64,000 bases of DNA from Thermoprotei archaeon (GCA_003649205.1 QMRC01000001.1:96001-160000); one strand, 5' to 3'. Positions 20,184-31,051 are shown, numbered from the stretch's first letter. Program-made: numbers and translations. Notes: generated from the letters alone by a model not told the origin.

Positions 20184-20906
20184 TTACTCTTTCTTCTTTT
20201 GTGCCAGGTACTCCTCAATTAACTTCCTTATCCTCTCAGTTAGACCAGGTACGTGACTCTCCCTCTCAATTTTCTTAATTAACCTAGCTACGAATAGCTC
20301 ATCCTCTAGAGATTTACCCTGAATTAAAATCCAACCATTTTGACCAACAATTATGTCACACTCTAGACTTGACTTAATCAAGTTGATCATAGTACCCTTC
20401 CTACCTATTACACGTGGTACCTTAGCTGGATCAATCTCTATCAACGTACCCTCTCTCTTCCTACCTAACTTACCACCCTCCTTAATCGATATTACGAGAT
20501 TCTCCCTAGTAACATCAGCTATCAGTACCTTAGCAACAACAACATCTCCTCTATTGAGTATGTTTGCTAGATTCTCCTTAGCTATATCAACGAATCTCGT
20601 AGTTGCTTCAGAAACAGGGAGAAATGCTAGATATGGTGCATTTATGTCAACGTACCAACCTGTCAACCCAATCTCTATTACCTTACCAACAACAACGTCA
20701 CCAACCCTTGGTGTGTAGACACTACTTAGCGATATTACGTGGACAATGTTTTTCTCCCTAAGTTCTGCAAGTCCAACAGCGCTAGCGTAGATCTTATTGC
20801 CCTCAGCATAAGCTGCTCCACTCGGTACGTAGTTTCCCTCAGCTAGTAACTCTCCAGGTAGTACTAGCTGTCTATGTTTGAAGTATATCGGCACCCCAGT
20901 CACCAA
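20184..20906 (-). CDS. rrp4: exosome RNA-binding protein Rrp4
   Basis: VLPGELL, S1 domain, KH motif KVPRVIGRKG, VGQNGWI. Confidence 0.96.
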   Translation of the reverse strand: MVTGVPIYFKHRQLVLPGELLAEGNYVPSGAAYAEGNKIYASAVGLAELREKNIVHVISLSSVYTPRVGDVVVGKVIEIGLTGWYVDINAPYLAFLPVSEATTRFVDIAKENLANILNRGDVVVAKVLIADVTRENLVISIKEGGKLGRKREGTLIEIDPAKVPRVIGRKGTMINLIKSSLECDIIVGQNGWILIQGKSLEDELFVARLIKKIERESHVPGLTERIRKLIEEYLAQKKKE

Positions 20907-20938
20907 CCAGAGAACTAACTATTGCTGCTTAGTGAGTG

Positions 20939-21637
20939 CTACTTGACGGATATTATCTTGACCTCTCCCTGACCCTTAGTTATCTCATTTATCTTACTGA
21001 TGAGCGTTTCCTGGAGACCAGCTGGTATCTCTACCTCAGCTATCCAAGTTCCATCTGTCTGGTAGTTGCTCCTAAGTATCTTACCAACCTTAGCTACATA
21101 GCCATACGCCTTGCTTACGAATTGAGGAGGTATCTTTATGCCGACGATAGCTTTCGCCATTCTTATCGGTAGGATCTTCTGTAGGTACTTGAGTATTGTC
21201 GGTATCTGCTCCTCAACTGACTTAAATGGATCAATTGGTGCTCCACTCTGTTCAAGAGCCATCTCTATCCTCATTACTGGGTGAGGTAGATTTGTTCTTG
21301 GATCAATACAGTTCCTGTGTATGAATTCAATAATCTGTCTCTTCTTCTCCTCAATCATCTTCTTTCTCTGCTCAGCGGTTAGCAGTAGCTCACCCTTCTT
21401 AATTATGGTTTCAGCAATTTTCCTAACGTCAGTAGTCCCAAAGACCTTCCTTAAAGATGCTTCTGATGCTCTCAAACCCTTCTTAGCGTCTTTATACACG
21501 GTATCGCTTATCAAGACCTTATCTATACTTACACTCTTACCTAGCTTAAGCTCTAGAGCTCTGTCTGGATCAACAAGTATCTCAAATCTCTCTCCTTGAG
21601 CTTCGTACCTAGCTATTGTGTACTTCCTAGATGACAA
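20939..21637 (-). CDS. ribosome assembly factor SBDS/Sdo1
   Basis: GERFEILVDP, VFGTTD, DPRTNLPHP. Confidence 0.95.
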   Translation of the reverse strand: MSSRKYTIARYEAQGERFEILVDPDRALELKLGKSVSIDKVLISDTVYKDAKKGLRASEASLRKVFGTTDVRKIAETIIKKGELLLTAEQRKKMIEEKKRQIIEFIHRNCIDPRTNLPHPVMRIEMALEQSGAPIDPFKSVEEQIPTILKYLQKILPIRMAKAIVGIKIPPQFVSKAYGYVAKVGKILRSNYQTDGTWIAEVEIPAGLQETLISKINEITKGQGEVKIISVK

Positions 21638-21639
21638 GT

Positions 21640-22380
21640 CTAGACACCTCTCATCTTCATAAGCTCTATATACCTATCTATCTCTGAAGTTGTTAGCTTT
21701 TTGAACTGCTTAGTCTTAACATCAATCACAGCAATTTCTACCCTTGTAGAGTCGATTCCCCCTTCGACAACAGCATTTAGTGAATATAGAGCAAGTATTA
21801 TAGCATCGTCCAGACTCATGTCATAGCTGTACTTCTTCTCAAGTATATCAACAACTGTCGAGCTACCACCACCTATAGCGTACGCGTAGTAGCCAATGTA
21901 CACACCACTTGGCTCAGTCATGAAGAGCTGAGGACCCTTCCTATCAACACCACCAAAGAGAAACGCTACACCAAATGGCCTAACACCACCGTGCTGTGTA
22001 TACGCTTGCTTTATGTCACATATCTTACTTACAAGAACCTCTACATCAATAGGCTCATCATAAAGCAACCTATTGAGTAACGCGTACTCTCTCGCAATCT
22101 CAATCAATACTCTAGCATCTGAAGCAATCCCCGCAAACGCAGCAGCAATATGATCATCAATCTTGTGAACCTTCTCAACAGACGCAGTATCCTGAAGCTT
22201 AGTTACTCTTCTCTTCTCAACAGCCAATACAACACCCTCCCTACACCTAACACCTACAGTGGTCCATCCCCTCTTCACAGCTTCAAAAGCGTACTCTACC
22301 TGATATAGTCGACCATCAGGACTAAATATCGTTATTGCACGATCATACCCCATCGCAGGTGGTGTGTACATGGTAGTCAC
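21640..22380 (-). CDS. psmA: proteasome alpha subunit
   Basis: GYDRAITIFSPDGRLYQVEYA, GGVRPFGV. Confidence 0.98.
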   Translation of the reverse strand: MTTMYTPPAMGYDRAITIFSPDGRLYQVEYAFEAVKRGWTTVGVRCREGVVLAVEKRRVTKLQDTASVEKVHKIDDHIAAAFAGIASDARVLIEIAREYALLNRLLYDEPIDVEVLVSKICDIKQAYTQHGGVRPFGVAFLFGGVDRKGPQLFMTEPSGVYIGYYAYAIGGGSSTVVDILEKKYSYDMSLDDAIILALYSLNAVVEGGIDSTRVEIAVIDVKTKQFKKLTTSEIDRYIELMKMRGV

Positions 22381-22841
22381 TTCAGTTCTCTAATAGGTTT
22401 GGTTTGTTTTAAAAGGTATCTTCTCGTACAGGACGAAATCAAAAACTAAAACATAAATCAGTAAGCATCGACTAGGTCTCATTCGGTGAGTGTAGTAACT
22501 GGACTTGAGCTAATAACATCACCAGTGAAGAAGTCACGAATCATCTAATTGATTATCTCTAAGCCAACAACGTCAAAGCTACTTTCAAAAACAAAATCAG
22601 TAACTCCTTCCTGTCCATAGCCTTATTCACAGATATGCTCACATCAATCACTAGAGGTAGAAGATAATTGCTGTGTTAAGGAGTGTATAAGAGCAGAAGT
22701 CGAAACGGTACCACATTATTAGACGGTGACTTTATGATGAAGCTAGCTAGTTGTAACGATAGATCTCCAGTATCTTCTCTTATTGCTTTGAGCTAAAGTC
22801 TTCTCTACTCAAAGTCTCTTCTCAGAGACATGTAACGTCAA

Positions 22842-24101
22842 TTACTTACCCTCGTAGAGATCTCCTACTCGAATCCTTGTAGTGAGTCCTTCTAGGTTAA
22901 AGCTCTTCATGTAGTACTTGATGCTGTTCTTTAGCTCGTTAACTATAGTACCTCTACTATCAATCCCTATCTTCTCTAGGTTTGTAAACAACTCTTTGAG
23001 CGCTTCATCAACTCTCGAATTACACCACACATACCTCGTACATATTCCCATTAAGAACTCGTCTTCCCGTAGCTTCTCTGGATTCTTAGTGTACTTTCTC
23101 CACCTACCATCCTTTAGCACCTCCTCATAGAGTACATTCTCTATTCTCGATGTATGAGTGATGACTCCTCTTCTCGCAAGATCTTTCTCCATGCTCGCAA
23201 GTTTCTTCACAACTCTATACATGAGATCAGCATACATAGGTCCTATATTAGCTCCACCAATACCTAACCTTGGGAACTCTGTGGGATTTGCAACATAATC
23301 AGCTGAGTGAACCTTTAAGAAGAGTCCGTAGGTTGACGCTAGTTGAACAAGCTGACTCGCCTTACACACATCAAGTCTATTCATTGGAGAAACCTTTGTA
23401 CCTACATCACCTACCACAAATAGGATTCGTGCCTCATTTAGACCCCTTTCCTTAATCCCCTTCACTACGTACCGTATTAACTCATTAATGTATTCAACAT
23501 CTCTATACACCCACCTATCACTTCCAATCTCGTAGTTTATTGGCTTACGTCCTAGAGATCTACGAATCTCTTCGGCATAATCCAAAAGCTCAAGTGTTCT
23601 TCTCGCTACGGTTTCCGGATCTAGGTTTGGATTATGTGGATCAACCGTCGTATCTATGTGTATCAAATCGTAACCTGCCTGGATGGCAGCCTCTATAGAC
23701 TTCTTCGTAGCCTCCATAGCTTTATCGAGATCGTACCCTTCGATAATATGCCTATCATTAAGCCAGGGACCTCCATGATCGAGACTTATGATTACAGGGA
23801 CATTAACATTGAGCCTACGAACCACATCCCTAACATACCTGACAAACGTGTCAGGTGTCCAACCAGTATACCCCCCATCAATATCTACTTGGTTCAGCGA
23901 GGCAATGAAAACAATAGGTGCGGCAGCCTCCTTAGCAGCTAGGAGAGCTGATTCTACAACAATGGGTGAGATAGGTGACACACCAAGTAGAGTAATGGGC
24001 TGTTTCAGCATATGGTAAGAAGTTTTAAGGATAAGCTCCGGTAGTGGCATGTATTGTCGCGTGGAGTGATTACTGGTAGAAGTCGAACAGACCATGGTCA
24101 C
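22842..24101 (-). CDS. GatZ/KbaZ-family protein (tagatose-6-P epimerase/aldolase accessory type)
   Basis: ASLNQVDIDGGYTGWTP, DHGGPW, IHIDT, HSADY, ANIGP. Confidence 0.85.
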   Translation of the reverse strand: MTMVCSTSTSNHSTRQYMPLPELILKTSYHMLKQPITLLGVSPISPIVVESALLAAKEAAAPIVFIASLNQVDIDGGYTGWTPDTFVRYVRDVVRRLNVNVPVIISLDHGGPWLNDRHIIEGYDLDKAMEATKKSIEAAIQAGYDLIHIDTTVDPHNPNLDPETVARRTLELLDYAEEIRRSLGRKPINYEIGSDRWVYRDVEYINELIRYVVKGIKERGLNEARILFVVGDVGTKVSPMNRLDVCKASQLVQLASTYGLFLKVHSADYVANPTEFPRLGIGGANIGPMYADLMYRVVKKLASMEKDLARRGVITHTSRIENVLYEEVLKDGRWRKYTKNPEKLREDEFLMGICTRYVWCNSRVDEALKELFTNLEKIGIDSRGTIVNELKNSIKYYMKSFNLEGLTTRIRVGDLYEGK

Positions 24102-24248
24102 ACCTTACCAGTTAATAGATGCCTAACAGTATTTTAAGTCTAGGTCAACAAGGTAATCTAGTAATTATCAGTAATAATTAGTAGTTTGAAAATAATGAGT
24201 CAAGGTGGTGTTGTGAATAGTATTAACGATAGAAATGTCGGGTTCTAG

Positions 24249-25244
24249 CTATTCCCGTCCTAGCACTCTATCTATACCTGAAGATACTTTATCTACCACT
24301 TCCTGATCGATGCTGTATCCCTTAAGACGTAAACCATATATTATCGAACCCAACACAGCTTTATACCCTGTAATTGGCTCCTTAATCATAGCGTAGGGCA
24401 GAAACCTCCTCACATTCTCTTCAAATGATGCTCTTACAATACGCGATCTGTAGACACTACCTACACCACCAACTATAATGTCTCTATCTCCTTCCATACC
24501 GAGTTTCTTCGCTACAGAGTAAGCCGAAAGAGCTAACTCATACCCTGCTCTCTCAAGAATTCTTCTAGCTACTCTATCGCCTTTTTGCGCCTCTTCATCT
24601 ACAATAACGGCTATCCGAGCTATTGCAGATATATCGTCATAGAGCTTGTTCTGGTAGATAATGGGTATTATGTCGAGAAGATCCTTTACCCCAAAATACT
24701 CCTTCAACCTATCAACAAGAGAAGTCTCCTCACCACGTTCATCGTAAGCTCTTGAAGCTGCGTTCAATGCCTGCAAAGCAATCCACGAGCTACTTCCTTC
24801 ATCTCCAAAGAGCCAACCCCAACCACTGGATCTAGCTGTCTCCCCTCTCTTATTCATCCCATATGCTATAGCTCCAGTACCAGCTATGACTGCAATCCCG
24901 GGATTACCCCACGTAACTGTGTAAAATGCTGATATGGCGTCGTGTATTATAGATGTCTTATCTGGTGAAAGACCAAGCTCTCTAGCGTAATTTTCAGCTA
25001 GCTTATAATCGGCCTTCGTATCCAATCCCGCCCAACTAATAACGATAAGATCAAGCTCCCTTAAGCTCAGACCTACGCCTTTCAAACAACTGTTTATAGC
25101 ATCACTAAGATTTCGAATAATGAGCTCCCTACCAAGAGTAATGTCTGCGGGTCCAGCAATGCCATAACTTAAAACATTTAAAGTATCGTCTAAGAGAACC
25201 GCAATAGTCTTAGTCTTCCCAGTATCAATAGCAAGCATGTACAT
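24249..25244 (-). CDS. BadF/NagK-family sugar (GlcNAc-type) kinase
   Basis: AIDTGKTKT, VIAGTG, GWGWLFGDEGS. Confidence 0.88.
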   Translation of the reverse strand: MYMLAIDTGKTKTIAVLLDDTLNVLSYGIAGPADITLGRELIIRNLSDAINSCLKGVGLSLRELDLIVISWAGLDTKADYKLAENYARELGLSPDKTSIIHDAISAFYTVTWGNPGIAVIAGTGAIAYGMNKRGETARSSGWGWLFGDEGSSSWIALQALNAASRAYDERGEETSLVDRLKEYFGVKDLLDIIPIIYQNKLYDDISAIARIAVIVDEEAQKGDRVARRILERAGYELALSAYSVAKKLGMEGDRDIIVGGVGSVYRSRIVRASFEENVRRFLPYAMIKEPITGYKAVLGSIIYGLRLKGYSIDQEVVDKVSSGIDRVLGRE

Positions 25245-25508
25245 ATAGTACGCACCTCACATACTTCATTGATTACCTTCATCAAATATTAACAGGTTGC
25301 GCTATGTAGAATAGATAATCTTTCCATTACAGAGAACATCAACTAGACCTATCATGCTAGTGACTCGAACATTCATCATAAAAGCTCAATACAGCTTTGT
25401 CTCTTCAGTAATATTTGCATCATCTAATGCGCTTTTTCAATCCCTATATACAAGCAAGAAAGATTTTATAGAGATCTCATGATATTTGTTACAACAGGGC
25501 TGAGGGTT

Positions 25509-26606
25509 ATGGTCGAGGTTAAAGTTGAAGGTATAGTCAAGAGGTACGGAGCTGTTGAGGCTTTAAAGGGTATTTCACTACGTGCTCGAAGTGGTGAGCT
25601 GGTTTGTATTCTAGGACCAAGTGGATCAGGGAAGTCAACACTTCTCCGCATAATAGCAGGACTGCTAATGCCCGATGAGGGTAAGGTCTTCTTCGACACT
25701 GAGGACGTAACTTACCTACCTCCGTGGAAGCGTAATGTTGGTTTTGTATTTCAAAACATAGCACTATTTCCACACATGACAGTCTACGATAATATAGCCT
25801 TTGGTCTGAAGCTCAGGAAGTTACCTAAGAAGGAAATCGATAGAAAGGTCAAGGAAGTGCTTAAACTAGTTAGGCTAGAGGGGTACGAGAAGAGAAGGCC
25901 TAGTCAACTGAGTGGAGGTGAAGCACAACGTGTAGCCATAGCACGTGCTCTAGTCATAGACCCTAAGGTACTGCTCTTCGATGAGCCCTTAGGGCATTTA
26001 GATGCGAAACTTCGTGACGAGCTAAAATTCGAGATCAGGAGAATTCAAAGAGAGACGAAAAAGACAGCCATATACGTTACACACGATCAAGCAGAAGCAT
26101 TCGCCATAGCTGATTACATCTACATACTTAACCGTGGAGTTATCGAACAGGGAGGAACACCCATAGAGCTGTACGCAAATCCCCAATCTCCCTTCATAGC
26201 AGACTTCGTAGGATCTAGTAATTTCCTTGAAGGTGTAGTTAGGGAAGTAGATAAGCATAGCTATCTAGTGAGTGTAGACATAGGGCCTCTAGAAATCAAA
26301 GTTAGAGGAAGCGCTGATTTGCTACCCAATAATTCAGTTGTTGTCGCTATTAGACCCGAGGACATAGAGATTACGCAGAGTCCTAGTGAGGTTGAAGAGT
26401 TAAGAAGGAAATACCTCAATGTTATCGAGGGTAGTATTCAGAGGAAAATATTCGTAGGACCCTACCTGAGGCTAGAGGTAGATATAGGGTACAGGGAGTC
26501 TCTTAAGGTGGATGTCTATGGTGAAAGAAGATTCAAATTCATAAATCTGCCCATAGGCACGAGAGTATTCATAGCATTCTCCAGGGCTGCAGTATTCAAG
26601 AAGTAG
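25509..26606 (+). CDS. ABC transporter ATP-binding protein (PotA/MalK type)
   Basis: GPSGSGKST, LSGGEAQR, LLFDEP, YVTHDQ, C-terminal TOBE domain. Confidence 0.93.
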   Translation: MVEVKVEGIVKRYGAVEALKGISLRARSGELVCILGPSGSGKSTLLRIIAGLLMPDEGKVFFDTEDVTYLPPWKRNVGFVFQNIALFPHMTVYDNIAFGLKLRKLPKKEIDRKVKEVLKLVRLEGYEKRRPSQLSGGEAQRVAIARALVIDPKVLLFDEPLGHLDAKLRDELKFEIRRIQRETKKTAIYVTHDQAEAFAIADYIYILNRGVIEQGGTPIELYANPQSPFIADFVGSSNFLEGVVREVDKHSYLVSVDIGPLEIKVRGSADLLPNNSVVVAIRPEDIEITQSPSEVEELRRKYLNVIEGSIQRKIFVGPYLRLEVDIGYRESLKVDVYGERRFKFINLPIGTRVFIAFSRAAVFKK

Positions 26607-27661
26607 AAGTAGCTTTTTTTCTCTTCAAACAGTAGCTCTAGACTATATGTGCTGAGGATTGCTTTCTCAACCTTAACGTAGTAACATACATACCCTGGTG
26701 GTGCGTAGGGAGAGATAGAGAACTCGAGATTTCCTAAGAGCGGTATGGTTACTTTCTTAAGAATCATACTTCTGGGTGCAATTATGTAGAGGCTTAAAGG
26801 TGATGTGAATCCTAACTTAAATACGTACCTCACTAAGGCTCCCTCTCTATCCCCTCTCACGAACCCACTGTAGGCTACAGTAACCCCATTCGCATCGGAA
26901 GGCCATAGACTAACGTTGAGTAGATAATGATCGTTGATTGCCTTGATCCTAAGTACCTCGTCAATATCTCTGCCGATAGTTGAGGGACCATAGTTACTCA
27001 GCGGCCACCAAACTCCTCTACGAGGTACTACCTTTTTCACGAACATCTCTAACGATAGGTAACTCTTGCGAAGCGTGAAGTTCTCCAAGCGTGGTGCTAT
27101 GAAGAGCTTTTGAGTAAGGTTATGAGGAGCCCTTATGTACCAGTGCCATACCTCAACGAAACTGGAGTTCCTGAATATGAGTAGGAGAGCTTCACTCTTA
27201 AGTACAGGTGCGGAGTAGTAACTCAGATAAGCATAGAAGCTTCTCTCTAAAGTCATATTTCTACCAGTGTACCCAACGTGAATCAATATATGGCCTTTAA
27301 CGAGACTAGGCTTTCCTGTAGTGTTTCCTCCTCTTTCTAGACTTAGCGTTACGATTAGCTTTTCCTGTTTCTCAGCTACTTTAACCACTTTGAAGAAGCT
27401 ATGGGGCACTACCTCAAATCCACTGAAAACCCCTACAGTTTTCGGTAGTATAACCTCTAGGTGATCACCAGGCTTCAAGCAGATGTCATGGGATATTACG
27501 AGGATGTGGAGAGGTGCTATGCCCTGGCTATATTTCTTACTCGATATTATCTGGAGAGGACGATGTATTGGTATGGGTGCTGCAAGCATCATCACGACAA
27601 TTATTACAGGTATAGAGACTGAGAGTAAAAATAAGAGGTATTTACGAGGCAATGACTTCAC
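26516..27661 (-). CDS. hypothetical N-terminally anchored protein
   Basis: 381 aa ORF with one N-terminal TM, starting 3 nt after the permease stop. Confidence 0.65.
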   Translation of the reverse strand: MKSLPRKYLLFLLSVSIPVIIVVMMLAAPIPIHRPLQIISSKKYSQGIAPLHILVISHDICLKPGDHLEVILPKTVGVFSGFEVVPHSFFKVVKVAEKQEKLIVTLSLERGGNTTGKPSLVKGHILIHVGYTGRNMTLERSFYAYLSYYSAPVLKSEALLLIFRNSSFVEVWHWYIRAPHNLTQKLFIAPRLENFTLRKSYLSLEMFVKKVVPRRGVWWPLSNYGPSTIGRDIDEVLRIKAINDHYLLNVSLWPSDANGVTVAYSGFVRGDREGALVRYVFKLGFTSPLSLYIIAPRSMILKKVTIPLLGNLEFSISPYAPPGYVCYYVKVEKAILSTYSLELLFEEKKSYFYFLNTAALENAMNTLVPMGRFMNLNLLSP

Positions 27662-27664
27662 CTC

Positions 27665-28471
27665 CTAGAAGACGAAGCCTGTTAAGTACTTTGTTCCTAT
27701 TGTTTTGAGGTACAGGAGCATCACTCCAAAGGTGGTTAGCTGTAGAATTGATGCTTCAGCAGCTACACGCCCCAGTAACCCCCACCATCTAATGTCAGAG
27801 TATAGCTTAACTGCTAGGAGATCCAAGCCCGGACCTGTTATGTACAGCGGTAGTAGGTAGTTGTTTATGCTCCATACGAATGTTAGGAGGAAGCCACTGA
27901 AGATACCCGGTCCTATGAGTGGAATTACAACTCTTAAAATTGTCTGTAGAGGTGTTGCTCCGAGAGTTTTTGCAGCCTCTTCGTAGGTAGGGTCTAGGCT
28001 CTTCAACGACACCAGTAGTGGCAACAGCATCATTGGGTAGCTCGTAGAAGCAAGACCTAAAACCGTTCCTAGGAGTGTTCCGTAGAGATGGTAGTAGCGA
28101 ATGTATACAGTTGAGAGCCCAACTCCTGCAACTACGTCAGGGGTAAACATTGGTACTACAAGTAGTGCTGTGATTACTCTCTTGAACTTAAATTCGTACT
28201 TACTGAGGACGTATGCAGGAGGAAAGGCTATGACAAAGTCAATTAACGCTACTAGTAACCCTACGAGAAGTGAATTCCCAAGAGCTTTCCAGTAACCCTC
28301 AGGTATCTCCATGAAGAACTTGAAGCCTATGAATACTATCCCTGTAGGTCTTCTAAGAGTTACAGCTCTGTAGAATATGAAGGCAAAGGGTGATATTATT
28401 ATGAACAGTACAAGTATTATGTAGAGGATTTTAGCAACAACATACATGTCCAGCCTTCTCATGGAGATCAC
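27665..28471 (-). CDS. ABC transporter permease (PotC-like)
   Basis: 6 TMs, EEAAKTLGA EAA loop. Confidence 0.92.
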   Translation of the reverse strand: MISMRRLDMYVVAKILYIILVLFIIISPFAFIFYRAVTLRRPTGIVFIGFKFFMEIPEGYWKALGNSLLVGLLVALIDFVIAFPPAYVLSKYEFKFKRVITALLVVPMFTPDVVAGVGLSTVYIRYYHLYGTLLGTVLGLASTSYPMMLLPLLVSLKSLDPTYEEAAKTLGATPLQTILRVVIPLIGPGIFSGFLLTFVWSINNYLLPLYITGPGLDLLAVKLYSDIRWWGLLGRVAAEASILQLTTFGVMLLYLKTIGTKYLTGFVF

Positions 28472-29313
28472 CTCAACATTCCTGTTACCTTAAATGTCAT
28501 GAATGTGATTAGTATTGTCATTGATATTAATATCACGGAGAGAGCCGCAGCTACACCATAGTCGTGTACGTGGAGTGCTAGGTGAACTATCTTAACAGTC
28601 ATTACGTCGCCTGCTCTCATTCCTCCGAGGAGCAGTGGTATGAGGTAGCCACCAAGATTCCACCCAAAGCAGGCTAGGAATCCCGCTATGGCACCATGGA
28701 GTGTTAGTGGGAATATGACTTTGAAGAACGCCTTTATAGGTGTAGCCCCTAGTGTAAGGGCGGCTTCTTCTATTGTTGGATCTATCTCTTGAAGGCTGGA
28801 AGATACGTATAGGACCATGAATGGTAGTGTAAATATTGAGAACCCAGCTATAACGGCGTAGGGTGTGTAAAGTACTTGTCTATAGGATACACCTAGTAAC
28901 TTGTATACAAAGTCAAAGATTCCTCCGGGTAAGAACATGTTCCACAGACCGTAAGATACGTAGAGGTCTCCGAAGTATGGGAAAATTAGTGATGCTCTGA
29001 GGACATTGTGAAATAGCACCTTCCTACGTGCAAGGATATATGCTAGGGGGTACCCTAGGATTAGGTCCACAATAGCTGCTGCTAGTGGTAGCTTTATAGA
29101 GTTCTCAATGCATCTAACGTACTCGCTAAACACTCTCGCATAATTGGTAAATCCTACGAAGCGGGGGGCTCCCATAATGAAGGAGTCACGATACGTTAGA
29201 CTTACTATGAACACGTGTAGTATGGGGATTACCCAGAACAGGGTTATGTAGAGTATCGTTGGTACTAGCGCTAGGTACACAACCACGCGACTTACGTTTG
29301 TGGTAAGTCGCAT
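28468..29313 (-). CDS. ABC transporter permease (PotB-like)
   Basis: LGYPLAY, EEAALTLGA EAA loop. Confidence 0.92.
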   Translation of the reverse strand: MRLTTNVSRVVVYLALVPTILYITLFWVIPILHVFIVSLTYRDSFIMGAPRFVGFTNYARVFSEYVRCIENSIKLPLAAAIVDLILGYPLAYILARRKVLFHNVLRASLIFPYFGDLYVSYGLWNMFLPGGIFDFVYKLLGVSYRQVLYTPYAVIAGFSIFTLPFMVLYVSSSLQEIDPTIEEAALTLGATPIKAFFKVIFPLTLHGAIAGFLACFGWNLGGYLIPLLLGGMRAGDVMTVKIVHLALHVHDYGVAAALSVILISMTILITFMTFKVTGMLR

Positions 29314-29419
29314 ATAGCATCACCAAGTACGTATTTTCACGATTTAAGTCTAGATAACTAGGTAAAAAGGTTAGAAAAAAGATTGTTATTTGGTTTCGGT
29401 GTAGAAAGGTAGGAGAGTA

Positions 29420-30721
29420 CTACGTCAGTCCAGCGTACTTCTTATATAGCTCGGACCACTTTTCGATGTGTTTCTCAATGTATTCGTAATCTGGGAAGAC
29501 GTACCACTTAAACATCTTATCAAGTGGGTACGGGTATATCTTTGAATATATTGGCTTTATCCAGTCTGGTAGTAGCTTAAAGTTAGTATCATTAAGTAGG
29601 TTCTGATGTAGCATCAGGAAGTCCTCCTTAGACTCTCTGTACTTTGGAAAGTCTAAAGCGAACCAGAACTTTGTACTCATCAGGAAGTCTATGAAGATTT
29701 GTGCTAGTACTGGGTGCTTGACACCCTTAGGTATCCAGGCAATTCCTGGTACGAATACGTTACCTTGTGGTTGTGCGACTCTTGCTATGGGGTAGCCCTT
29801 AGCTGCTTCTACTGGGGCTAGGTACCACCACCAAGCAACTGCCCATGCTTCTCCGCGCTCTAAGTACTCTATGATCTCAGCTTCTGATACTGTGTACCTG
29901 AGTACATTGGGATGTATTTTCTCGGCAGCAAACTTTATTACTTCTTCCATCTCTGCTGGGTTCTTGTAGTCCTTACCCATGGCTAGGGCTAGGTTCACTA
30001 GGAAGTTAGCGAAGTGTACGGTTCCCGGTGTTGGTAATATTACGTGGCCCTTGAGTCTTGGATCTGCTAGGTCTCTGTAGTCTTTGATCCATCCTGCTTT
30101 CTCAGTATTGACTAGAAGCCCGGCTGTATCGATGGCTTGGAATACTACTCCATAGGGTTGGAACTGTAGGAAGAATGGATGTACCCACCTGAGGTTCTGC
30201 ATGAGTGGATTGCCAACATATATCGCTGGTTCTATCGCGCCTGCCTTCAGTGCTCGGAAGAAGTAAGGTGCCTCTATAGCAACGACGTCATAAGGTGGTG
30301 GTTGTCCTGCCTTTACTGCCTGGAGCACTGAGGATACTATGACCTCTGGCTCTTGAGTACCAATCCACTTAACCTCAATATCTACACCCCAACGGTCCTT
30401 GACGTACTTCTTAAAAGCTGGTACGTGGTACGTCTCTACGAGTCCACCATAGGTCCAATCAGCAATGACTACTGTACCCTCTTTTCTAATAGCTTCTCTA
30501 ATCTCGTCTTCGCTCATCCACTTATTCAGGATAGGTACATAGTACATCTTTACCTTTACTACCTCCTTTACTACCTTTACCTTCGGTGCTGGTGTTGGTG
30601 GAGAAGGTGCTACCTGTGGTTGTGTAGGTCTCATCCAGCCCCAGCACGCGATGACTAGCAGCACAATTGTTAGTACTATTAGCGCTGTCTCGAGCTTTGT
30701 TAGACCCCTAACTGTGCTCAT
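29420..30721 (-). CDS. ABC substrate-binding protein (PotD/SBP_bac-like)
   Basis: N-terminal TM plus Pro linker, DLADPRLKG, IPKGVKHP...AQIFIDFLMS. Confidence 0.85.
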   Translation of the reverse strand: MSTVRGLTKLETALIVLTIVLLVIACWGWMRPTQPQVAPSPPTPAPKVKVVKEVVKVKMYYVPILNKWMSEDEIREAIRKEGTVVIADWTYGGLVETYHVPAFKKYVKDRWGVDIEVKWIGTQEPEVIVSSVLQAVKAGQPPPYDVVAIEAPYFFRALKAGAIEPAIYVGNPLMQNLRWVHPFFLQFQPYGVVFQAIDTAGLLVNTEKAGWIKDYRDLADPRLKGHVILPTPGTVHFANFLVNLALAMGKDYKNPAEMEEVIKFAAEKIHPNVLRYTVSEAEIIEYLERGEAWAVAWWWYLAPVEAAKGYPIARVAQPQGNVFVPGIAWIPKGVKHPVLAQIFIDFLMSTKFWFALDFPKYRESKEDFLMLHQNLLNDTNFKLLPDWIKPIYSKIYPYPLDKMFKWYVFPDYEYIEKHIEKWSELYKKYAGLT

Positions 30722-30995
30722 GATTTTCCAACCTCGTGTTATAGTTAAAATAATATGTTAAAAGATAAAGATTTCGTAATGTCTGTGAAGTGGTATAGAG
30801 GTATACCTAGTTCCTTTACTAGCTAGATCTACTTCACCGGTAGGAGATAGGTTAAGGAGTGTTCCCTCTACGGTACACTTCACGATCTCTGAGGGTAATG
30901 CAGTAACGCTAGGTTCTGGTTAGTCGGGGTAGATATGAGCTACGTATTAGCTATTTAGCTATGCTATTCAGCTTGTGTAATGGAGCATTAAGGTG

Positions 30996-31051
30996 TGGTC
31001 AGTAGCTGGAGGATACATCACTTGCTCAGACTGTAGTCACTTCATCACCTA
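30996..31051 (-). ncRNA. C/D box sRNA
   Basis: minus strand: GTGATGA-agtgactacagt-CTGA-gcaa-GTGATGT-atcctccagcta-CTGA, two 12-nt guides, intergenic. Confidence 0.85.

Noticed and set aside
22560-22840. Possible gene remnant downstream of the GatZ-like gene
   Set aside because: Only short fragments (LKAIREDTG...IIKSPSNN); no family can be supported.
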